This document shows, in pieces, positions 13,201 through 25,200 of a DNA stretch of 64,000 nt; the stretch's first letter is position 1, and every line of letters starts with the position of its first letter. The position numbers were made by a program, and so were the translations under genes. The DNA comes from Octopus vulgaris (taxonomy: Eukaryota), in the NCBI GenBank assembly GCA_951406725.2, contig OX597815.1, forward strand, positions 33,914,001 to 33,978,000, written 5' to 3'. The notes below the pieces were generated by a model. The model was not told the DNA's origin, made no database searches, and was given only the letters and a program-made list of their open reading frames with translations.

Positions 13201-16200
13201 TGATGTCAGGATTTCATACTTGATAACTTCTGCCAGGTGCCTGCGTTCAGGGATCAGCTTGCCAAAACTCTCCAGTTCCCTCTGTGTTGTGCTGCATACG
13301 TACAGTCAGTCAACCTCTTGTTTTCAGTGCATTCTTTGATGTCATCAGTCTACAAACTCTTTGACAGTTTCTGGCTCTCTTCCTCTCCACACTTCCTGTC
13401 AGGATGGTCTTAGGTGCATCATAAGTTCAAAATGTGATAGCTTTGTGGACTTTGAACACACAAAGGAATATAGCAGTATCATCATCATCATCGTTTAACG
13501 TCTGTTTTCCATGCTAGCATGAGTTGGACGGTTCAACTGGGGTCTGGGAAGCCAGAAGGCTGCGCCAGGCCCAGTCTGATCTGGCAGTGTTTCTACAGCT
13601 GGATGCCCTTCCTAACACCAGCTACTCCGTGAGTGTAGTGGGTGCTTTTTACGTGCCACCTGCACAGGTGCCAGACGAGGCTGGCAAATGGCCACGATCG
13701 GATGGTGCTTTGCTTATCTTAATTTTATCACAATGCAATGTCATTTTATTTATTTATACTTTTTTCAAAAATATATTTTTCAATTTTTTTTGTTAATGTT
13801 GCTCACTTTCCTGAATCCAGTATTTTCATTGGTCTCTTTCTGCTTTTTTCTTTCTTGCAGTGTCATTTAATGTTGGAGAAATTAAGAAATTTACCAAACA
13901 TAAAGATTGTTGTAAGTCTTGTATAATTAACCTTTTTTTTTGTTTTGTTTCACATTTTTGACCACTTCACATCTATTGTGTGCAGGGGGAATAGTGTCTC
14001 TTGCCTAAGAGTTGAACACAAATTCAACTTAATGGTTGGTGTGCTAGTTTGTCCTCTTGCTACTGTCTGAATCAATGAAGGAACCTCTCTGTGGTTGATT
14101 GGTGTACTAGAAGTAACACCCAAATTTTCCCTCTATCATGCCTACCATCTTAAAAAAGAAAGGCTGGGAGACTATTTCACGCATATTCATGCATCGCCTC
14201 AGGCATGCACATCACTCCCTCTGTCTCTCTCACACACACACATACATCACTCACATAGTCATACATATGCATGAATTTCCCTCATTCTCTCACACATGCA
14301 GCATTTTTCTCTCTCCTTCCCTTTCTCTCTTTCTGTCATCATCATCATCTAACCACTGTTTTCCATGCTGGTATAGATTGGGCCATGTAACTGACATATA
14401 CCCACTCAGTCTGTCAAAGAACTTTCTGTATGGCATGACCAACTGTACAATTCATTCATCACTACTTAACTGGAATAGTAATGTATATATATGTATATAT
14501 CTCTGATTCTTTAGAATATTGCAAAGAAACAAGATGATGAAGAGAAGAAAGATGATGAAAACAAAGATATGCAAAATATGGTAAGTCCTCTTTACTAGTT
14601 GATTGAAAGTAACAAAACAAATGACAAAAAGAAAGCCCAACTTGAATCAAGATGTCTCTACAAAGTCACTTGGATGACCAAAAATAGCAACTAAACCTTC
14701 CTCTAATAACCCTTAAAGGAAGGACACTGGTTGTTATAGTCCTAGATATACTCTGTCTGAATAAAAAACAGAGTTGTCATGGTTGGAAGACTTCAATAAA
14801 TGAATTCACTTAGGACTAATCTGCGGTTAACTCTCTTGTTACCATATTTCTGTTGAAATACATTGGCTTTGTGAAAATATTAAGAATTTAGTAAAATAAC
14901 CATGCCATTATCATTTTGGTGTTTGGAATGTAAATTAGAATGGAATTTTTGGTGGTTGGTTTTTATTTAGATAACTTCAAAAGAAGCAGCTTGTATCAGA
15001 AAACCAAAGGCAATTTCATTGGGATTGGCTTCAAAAGGATATGCAACAGCAACTATTCCTAACTACAAATTATCCTTATCTACATTTCCTTTTTAACTGA
15101 TTCTGTGTTTGAAGTAATTATAATATTGACATGTGTGTTGTGAAGTAACTCCATTTATGCTTTGAGCTGATTTCTGACCCAGAATTAGCCTAGCAAACAT
15201 CCTGTGTACAGTGTAAAGTGTGTGTGATATGCTTAACACTGCTGTTTGTTGATTTAAAAAAAAAACAACTTTTTTTGTAATTTCTTTTTTTCTTGGTATC
15301 TTTCATATTCTGATAGGTTCTAATCTTGTCCCTCTTCATTTCTGAGTTCAGATATTATCCTGGCTCACTTTTCTTCTCATTCCTCCAGAGTCAGTTAAAT
15401 AGGAGCCAGTAAAATACTTTGGTTTCATTAAATTGACTCTATCTCTATCTCTTCAAAACTTAATGGCTTTGCTCGAAGTCATCATCATCATCACCCTTTC
15501 ACTCTTCCAAGGTTGATGAAATAAGTACCAGTTGAGTATGAGGGTCAATGTAATTGACTAACCATCCACCTCCAAAATTTCAAGCATTGTGCCCTGTAGT
15601 AGAAAGGATTATTATTATTATTAACGTGGCAAGCTGGCAGAAATGTTAGCACGCCGGGCGAAATGCTTAGCGGTATTTCGTCTGCATTACGTTGTGAGTT
15701 CAAATTCCGCCGAGGTCGACTTTGCCTTTCATCCTTTCGGGGTCGATAAATTAAGTACCAGTTACGCACTGGGGTCGATGTAATCGACTTAATACCTATG
15801 TCTGTCCTTGTTTGTCCGCTCTGTGTTTAGCCCCTTGTGGGTAATAAAGAAATAGGTATTTTGTCTGCCACCACGTTCTAAGTTCAAATTCTGCTGAGGT
15901 TGACTTTGCCTTTCATCCTTTTGGGGTTGATAAATTAAGTACCAGTGACTAGTTCCTTCCCACCAAATAATAATAATAATAATTCTTATCCTCCTCCTCC
16001 TTGACACCTTGTGCCTTTAGTGGAAAGGATTATTATCATTAGAGAGAAAGTACAAACTGAAACCTTGATAACAGGGATAGATGATGGGTAAGGTTTGAGA
16101 GATTTGTGTCACTTTGAATTGTCAACACTTATGCTACGAGGGATGTTCAATAAGTAATGCCCCTGACCCACTTGCAGTTGTTTGATCTAGCTGAAATTTT

Positions 16201-19200
16201 GCATGTGCAATTATTTATATCTCTATAGATTCAGTGGCAAATTACAGCTCTGAGCTAATTGAGGTTTCTGATTGACAGGTGTTTGAACTGAGTCAAGTGT
16301 GAAATGGAGCCTGTTGAGTGTCGAGCAGTGATCCGATTTTTGTATTTGAAAGGACGCACACCACGGGAGACTTTTGATGAAATGAAAGTAACTTATGGTG
16401 ATGATGCCCCATCATATGACCTTGTAAAACGCTGGCATCGTGAATTCAAACATGGTCGGAACTCTGTGGAAACAGCTCCCAGATCTGGTCGCCCCCTTCT
16501 GTCAAGTTGAGGGCTGCCATTTTGGAAGATCGACGCATAACTATTCGCCAAATAGCCCATGAGGTCAAGATTAGTACCGGGTATGTGGAAACTATCATTC
16601 ATGACCATTTGCATATGCAAAAGGTGTCTGCCAGATGGATTTCCAGGTTGCTCACACCTTTCCAGAAGCAAGAACGCGTTGAGTGCTCGAGGATGAATTT
16701 GGAAATGTGCCAAGAAGATGAGTCAAAATTTTTCAAAAGACTGATTACACAGGATGAAACCTGGGTCCATCACTATGATCCAGAGACCAAAGCCCAGTCA
16801 ATGCAGTGGAAGCACCGTGACTCACCTCCTCCAAAGAAGGCAAGGGTGTAGCCCTCCGCTGGCAAGGTCATGCTCACAGTCATCTGGGACCAGGACGGAG
16901 TAGTGATGACAGATTTCCTGGTAAAGGGTACCACAATTACAGGAGCCTATTATGCTTCACTTTTGAGGAAATTAAGAGAAGCTATGAAAATCAAGAGGCA
17001 GGGCAAGATCAGCAAAGGCATCATCCTCCTGTAGGACAGCGCTCCGGTCCACAACTCGTGTGTCGCCAGATCAGAAGCACAGGCATGCGGCTATGAACTC
17101 CTCCCCCATACCCCCTACTCTCCTGACCTTGCACCCTCTGATTTTCACCTCTTCCTAGCCATGAAGTTGTTTTTGAAAGGAAAGCGTTTCCCAGATGATG
17201 CAGCCTTGATTTCTGAAGTCACGTCGTGGTTGGAGGACCAAGCTGGGGTCTTCTACAAAAACGGTCTCCAGAGCTGCATCAAACGATGGGAGAAATGCGT
17301 AACTCTGGGTGGTTCCTATGTAGAAAAAGACTAATAACTGTGCCAAGTTTCGTTGCTCTATTACTATGGGAAGTGGGTCAGGGGCATTACTTATTGAACG
17401 CCCCTCGTAACATGTTGACAGCTTTTATTACAGTTTTGCATACATGCAGGCATAACCACTTGCAAGCATACGTCTTTTTCTTTTCTATACAACCTATGTA
17501 TTTCATTGAATATCCATGATTTGCTGTGTTCTCTGTGAAACAACTAAATCTACTAAATTCTTCTCTCATTGTTTCAGATGGATATTAACTCTAATCCTGT
17601 CACCCTGCTCTTTAAGTATTCAGTAATAGAATCAGATGCAGGTGAGAGTAATGATTTTTTTAAACAAATTTACATGGAATTGAACCTGTTTGTCTGATCA
17701 TTCTGTTTCTTTCATTTTGCTATTGCTTTCTTCATCCACATAAGCCTGACCCTTTTGTCATCATTCTTCCTTTTATTTTTCTCTTCTCACATGCGATAGA
17801 TGGATAGAGTCACTATAGAGAAAGTAATGAGGTACAAAGCACCCTCACTATTGTTGGTATGATGATGAACTGTATAGAGTACTGTAATATCATATTTAGT
17901 TATGTTATCTGAGACATTTTTATAATAGTCTATGCTTGAAGAATTTCATTGGTTTATTAAGATGAAACAAAATTTCATAGAATGAATTTTCATTTGGATT
18001 CCACTTAGTGTTGTTACAAATTATCAAAGCTGCAGCATAATATTAACTGACTGAGTAATGAAAGCACTTTCCTTGTTTAGAAGTCAATTAGCATCACATG
18101 TGTACAAGGCCCTCTCAATCCTGTGTTGTCTTTGCTTATTTGCCAACCACTTTGCAGAGTGTATTGAGTGCATTTTATCACGGTACCAGCAAAAGTAAAG
18201 TTGCTTTATACCCTTCAAGAGTGAAAAGTCATCACTACTGTATTGTGTTTCCATTCATTCAAAGCAGCATTACCAAAAGTTTGAATAGAAGTTAGATTAA
18301 TGACAGAAAGATTAGGGTGTGTGTGTGTGTAAAAGGAATGGTAGAATAACAAGAGAAGCAGTGATTGAGGGAGCAGTGTAGTAGAGGAGAGAGTAATGGA
18401 AGAAACATCATCATCATTTAACGTCCACTTTCCATGCTAGCATCGGTTGGACGATATGACTGAGGACTGGCGAGCCAGATGGCTGCACCAGGCTACAATC
18501 TTGATCTGGCAGAGTTTCTACAGCTGGATGCTCTTCCTAACGCCAACCACTCCGAGAGTGTAGTGGGTGCTTTTACGTGCCACTGACATGAGGGCCAGTC
18601 AGGCGGTACTGACAACGGCCACGCTCAAATGATGTTTTTTACATGCCACCTGCACAGGAGCCTGTCCAGCAGCACAAGCCAGTCCAGTTGTAGTAAATGC
18701 ACATTTAGTCCTGTATGAGAAAGATCAAGTGAAATGAAAGGAAATAAATGGCATATTTTCAAATTACTCTTATAGCACATTGAGAGATAGCATAGAAAAT
18801 GTGAAACAAATATAAATTGGCTAAGAGTGTATCAGTATTGCAGCATGAATATAGATTTAGGCATGGCTGTGTGGTTAAGGAGTTTGCTTTGCTACCATGT
18901 GCTGCAGGTTCAGTCCCACAATGTGGTACTTTAATGGATGTTTTCTTTTATAACCTGGGATTAAATTACACCTTGTGAGTTAATGCAGTAGATAGAAACT
19001 GGGTGGAAGTGTATGTGTGTGTGTTTTTGTTTCTCACCTTTTGACAACTGGTGTTGCTTTGTTTATGTTCCTGTAACTTAGTAGTTCAGCAAAAGGGGGC
19101 TGATAGAATATGCATCAGACTAAAATAAATACAAAGGTTGATTTAAAACCCTTTAAAGTTATACCCTGGCATGGCTGCTGTCCAATCGCTGAAACAAATA

Positions 19201-22200
19201 TAAGACTAGATGTCCCTTGACGTATGCGTATGTTTGTACCTCAATATGTATCCCTTGGTCTCTCCATTTCTGATCTCTCTTTCTGTTAATCAAATTGCCA
19301 TTGTTGAAATATATTGTATTTTAGCTATAAAAAAAAAAAATAATTTCATTGATTTTTGAAATACTACATTTCAGAAAAGGAAATAACTCCGTATGTGATC
19401 AAAAGTTCTGAAGAATCAAGTGAACAGGAGAAAGAACTGGCCTATTATGATGCTCTAAATACATGGGTAAATATATTTTGAGTGTTAGTTTTGTTTGTAA
19501 CTGTCTGTCTTGGAGGTTATTTGAAGATTTTGTTCTATTCTGGGAACACAGATTATCAACTGCTTTTTGGAAATAATTTTTTTAATATATTTTTTAAATC
19601 ATTAAGTTATCATTGCATATGAATCAACCATTCTTCAAGTTTTATATTTCCTTCTAGTTGAGCTTAAAAAATTTTTTTAAATATTGTTTTAGACCTGATC
19701 TTTTTCTTGGCTGATCTAGCATGCCTGGGTGTGTGGGTGTGTGTGTGCAAGCGTATATAAGGGGTGAATAGCTATTTACTAACCTTTCTTTTTGCATTGT
19801 GTATTTTTCTCTACTGACTTTAGTTAAAGGCTTGTACATAACTCTGTGTGTGTATTTATTTGTATAATAAGTCAGTTAATTATCAGGCTCCATCTTCTTA
19901 TCCAAAAATTTAGCTAACCTTTTTCATTCATCTTCCATCATGTTGAGTGGTTCTTCTATGCTTTTAGTATTTACCTGTCTTTCTGTCTCTCTCTATATAT
20001 ATAGAGAGAGAAAGAAAGAGAGAGAGAGAGGGAACACACAAGGTATATGTTTTGCTAGTCTGTGGGTAGACTGCGCTTATAGGCATAAGAGATTATATTC
20101 TCTTCAATGTACCTTGTGTTAAAACACCTGGAAGTCATAGTCAAACAAGATAACTGGCATCAGAACTCTTTCGGAAGCAATAGATTTTTCGTCCTTTTTG
20201 TGACTTGTCAATACCACATTGCTCAACAAGGCCCGATGCATACTAAATCGCTATAAACATGAACAACAATTTAGCTTACATCAGGCATCGATGCAAGGTA
20301 AATCGCTGTAGTCATAGATAGCTAGCTTGCGTCAGGCCTCATTTTGGGTATGTGGTATTGACTAGTCACAAAAATGAAACGTTGATGCCTATTGTTCTTG
20401 AATGGGCTCTGATGCAAGTTATATTGCTTGTCTGAATTTCAGGCGTTTTAACACCATGTGCGTTCAAGAGAACATATTCTCTTATGTCTATTATCACAAC
20501 CTACCCACAAACAAGCAAAACACATACCTTGTGTATGTGTGTTTAATGTTGCTTATATCCCTTGAGCTGCTTTGATCTCATATTTGAATAAGGCCTGTTA
20601 AGTCACGTGAGATCACAGTCGTGGCTGATGCTGGTGTTATGTAGCTGGCACCCCTGTCGGTGGCACATAAAGAGCACCCACTACAATCTTGGAGTGGTTG
20701 ACGTTAGGAAGGATATCCAGCCATAGAAATCCTGCCAAAGCTCCCCACCTTACTGGTTTTCAGTCAACCCGTCCAACTCATGCCAGCATGAAGACAGATG
20801 TTAAGTGATGATGATATGCATGCATGTCTACTGGTGCAGAGGCTTGCTTTGCAATCTCATGGTTTCAGGCTTTATCCCACTGCATGACACAGTAGGTGTC
20901 TTTTCTAATAGTCTTAAGTTGACCAAGGCCTTGTGTGTGAAATTTGGCACCTAGAAACTGTGAAAGCTTGTTATGTGTGCCCCTGTCAGTTTATGATACT
21001 CTTCTTCTAGTTAAAAAACCTGACTAGTGTCAAAAAAAAAATTTTACCTCTCGCCAAATGGAAATTGAAAAAACAAGTACTAGATTGAAGTAGGTCCGAT
21101 GAATATCCACTAAAAAAGACTTGTAAAGATGGTATTCCAGTATGACTGAAAGCCCGATGCATACTAAATTGCTATAAACATGAACAACAATTTAGCTTAC
21201 ATCAGGTATCGATGCATAGTATAGAGAACATATTCTCTTATGTCTATTATCACAACCTACCCACAAACAAGCAAAACACATACCTTGTGTATGTGTGTTT
21301 AATGTTGCTTATATCCCTTGAGCTGCTTTGATCTCATATTTGAATAAGGCCTAACGTCAACCACTCCAATCAAAGGGAATAAAATTCAGGATCTACACTA
21401 TATAATGTTTAAGAAGTTGATAAGAGTTATTTCCCTTGATCGTAAACACTTTTGAAATGCTCGCACTCACTCCCTCCTCTCTCTCCCTCTCTCGCTTATA
21501 TTTAATGCAAATACATCTCCACTAGCGAAAACATATGCTGTATTTTCAAAGCATTCTTTTTGTAAAGATTATTAAAAACATCCGATCATTTGCTACCAAA
21601 GAAGTTTCTTGCAAGACAATGTACATAGTTGTAACTTCATTTTATCTACAGATGGAGCGCAGGAAGTTAAAACATTCATATATATTTCTGTGATAAAACA
21701 TTAATGATGCAAAATGAGTAATTCTTTTATGTTATTGAAGCCAAAACGTGATCCTGTTTTGCATAATGTCGCATTACCTTGGAAGTAATTTATGAGATTA
21801 TTGAGTTACCTCCCTTAACGATTCATATTACTTGTATGTAAATCGCAATATTTTATTTGATTTTAACTGAAAAAAAACTAGGAGGTAGCTAAAGCTAAAC
21901 CTATGAAAGAGAAAAAAATTGTAACAATATTTAACACTAAATTAGAATGCGACCTATACACGAGTAAATACAGTATTTCATTTTTAATAGACTTTAAATA
22001 TGTCTTAATGTAATACATGAGTGATTGACCAAGAAAGTTCATTTACTTCAATATTGTGATCACTCTTATTAGATATCTTTTACGCATGTCTGTCAGAAAT
22101 TTTGATGTACTTGCCTCTTTTTCCATCATATCTACTGTTCTTATATTAAGCATTTTTTCAGCCTTAACCTATTACTACATCATTGCCAGATTAGACTGGA

Positions 22201-25200
22201 GCCTGGTGCAGCCTTCTGGCTTCCCAGAACCCCGGTCAAACCGTCCAACCCATGCTAGCATGGAGAACGGACGTTAAACGACGATGATGTGAAACTCTGT
22301 CTGAGTGTATCATAAATCATACTGCCTGTGGTGTTCCCCACTCCTTACTTCTCACCATCTGGTTGCCACCACTCTTTTTCAAGCATGTAAATGAAAAAGA
22401 TTTTAGAACAAATTTTGAAGTTGATAGGCTTTATTAACAAAAAAAAACCCAACAAAAACAAAACAAACAATTTTTATGTTTTTAAATTTTGTCATTGCAA
22501 TTCTCTAATGAGATTAGATCTGAAACTGTTCAGAAACTGAATCAATTGCATTTGGAAGAACAATGTTATCCATCTAAAGAGAAGAAGAAGAAGAAAAAAA
22601 AAAAACACAAAAAAGAAGAGAGCGAGCAAAAAAGAAAAGACCCTGTTAACCCTTTAGTGTTCGCATTATTCTGCCAAAATTAATCCTTTTTTATCCACAT
22701 TGTTTTGAACTAATCAGGCATTATCTTGTAGCTATGAGATTTTGATGAGGTAGCTGTTAATTTTTAAAAAGATATTGTAGGGTTGGTGTGAGAGACCAGA
22801 TCTGGCCAGTTTGAACATAAAACAGGCAGAATACTTTTGGCCGGATATGGCTGGTTTAAATGCTAAAGGGTTAAATTCACATTTCATTTATTTCTTGGGG
22901 TGTCAAAACTTTATACAAGTGTGACTTGGTCACTGGCACAACTTCACTGTAGCTGTTTGAAATTTAGTTAATGCCAAGTTCTTAGCAGCATCAAATATAT
23001 TTTTCCTTTTTTTCTTGTTGAACATTCTGGAAAAGGGGTGGGGGTCTATTGTATATATGTTGATTGATCTTGACTTCTTGACATTAGTTGTTTGCAGTCA
23101 CTTCAAAGTCTGTTCTTTATTTCTGTTTAGCAATTTGTATGTATTCTTACTTTTTCTTTCCCCTTTCTACCTTCCTTTTTTTCTTTCATTTTCCCCTCTT
23201 TCCCCTATCTCCTTTATATGTCATGATAGTTAATCTTGACTTTATACATACCTCATTTGCCATGTATGTATAAATAGCAAATATGTATATGTATACATGT
23301 GAAGTAAGTTAGTGATCATGTTGCAATCATAAGCTGAAAACTTTTATGCTTCAATAAATAAATGATAGGTAAATTTATCAGATTTTTTGTCTTCTTTTAA
23401 ATGCTCAAAATATTTCTAAAATCTAAATGAATTCAGTTTTATTCTTAAAAAAACTCTTGTAAATTAATTCCAATCAAAAATTATGCTTCCTTTGCAGCTT
23501 TTTATGTCTGAATATTTGCTTTTACATCTTTTTTCTCTATGCTATATGAGACATGTAGGATAGTTCTGCAAATTCTTACTTTTGTTTGAATTAATGCAGA
23601 AAGTGTTTAAAAACTGACATCAAAATTGGAGTTTTGTTTGACCTCTGTAGGCTTATCTCATATTGAGAAAGTTGTCTAATTTACAGCTAAGTAGACTGAG
23701 AAAAGTAGAATAATGTACTTTCCTTAAGGGCAGAACAAAGTGTTAATCACAGAAACAACCAACAAACCAGTATTGTTAATTTCTTTGCAGTTTTCCTTTG
23801 GTAGGATTTTAGTATCATCATTTTGAATATATGGAGCACTTATTTTATGTCTTTATTTTCAGCTGGCTGATTTATTATCCAGAGAAAATCCACAGCTTGC
23901 TATTACAGCTGCTATTGTTGACAAAGGAGTTTGTATTCGGTTCTCTCCCATAGAAACTGCACAAGGTCAGATTTTCTTCTTTTTGTTATCATGGAACTTG
24001 CAGCTTAATAAACAATATTTATCCTACTTTCTGAAATTATGATCTATGATGGTCTGTGCAAGTCTTTGACTTTTAGTTTTTAATGTCAAGAAAATGTTTA
24101 TCGACTATCAACCTCAATGTTCTTGACAGAAGGGGATTTAGGCTTCTCAATATAGTTGATTGGTGAATCAAAGGTTGCTGCCTTAACAACAGTTTGGTCG
24201 CTGGACATTACAGTTACATGCATGATCAAATTCATTTCTGCAATGACAATATCACAGGTAGACGGAAATGTATGCTTTACATTTTAATTATAGTCGATGT
24301 GATCTTGAAAAATGTTTCAAGTCACTGTAAAAAATGAACGTATATGATAAGCAGACTGAATTTTGTAAAGAAGAGAAAAATGTTTTATTGTGATCAGACA
24401 TTTCTTGACATGGTGTATTTACAGAATTCTTGAGAGATAGATATTAGTTTTCTGGCAGGAGAATTGTTGCAATTTATGTCAACACTCATCTGTTATATTG
24501 ACAGAACAATCTTGATCCTCAACTTTTACATAAAAAAACCTTTGTTTAATAAATTGCTTTCATGTAAAAAAAAGTCATTGTTGAGTTAACTATTCTGGGT
24601 AGTCTTACAGGTGAATTGTCCACATGATTTTTATGCAATTATCCAGGTCCATAGAAGCACTTGAAGTTAATATTTCAGGTTAACAAAGCATTTGCTTCTT
24701 GTAGCTATGTTCCCTCTGCTCATATAAGTGAGCTTTACCTGTTTTAGTATCACATGCTACTTGCTTACTGTTTGGTGGAGTGAGCCATTAAAAGTTAGGA
24801 AGCTGTTGCGCATTACCAGGTAGTGGATGCAAGCTATTGAGCCTACAGCCAGTAGTTTAATGTTACCTTAAGTCTGAATTCCCCATGTTCATGTCTGAAT
24901 ATCATGTCTGGTTGTTTTCTTTTGATTTTCAGTGTCTGGAACAACTGAGGAAGCTGTTGAAGACTTCATTTTGTCCCTTCAAACACAGACTGTACGTTCA
25001 ATCATTTTTGAATATTTCTTTTTAATTAGAGAGAGAGAGAGAGTGTGTGTGTGTGTGTGCGCGCGTGCGTGTGTGTGCCAAAGAACTGTGCTGGTCCTCT
25101 CAGACAGGTCAGATTCAGTTTGATGTCTTAAAAAAATGTGAATGGGGAAAGAATTCCAGAATGCAGAATTCTTGCTTTTTTTTTTTTTTTTCTTTTTGGT

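Noticed and set aside
21940-21976. Tigger/pogo-like TIR gcgacctatacacgagtaaatacagta
   Set aside because: No matching left TIR or coding remnant found, so the element cannot be delimited.
22489-22683. Lys-rich 64-aa ORF
   Set aside because: An A-rich low-complexity tract running into a MITE; not needed for the spliced frame.
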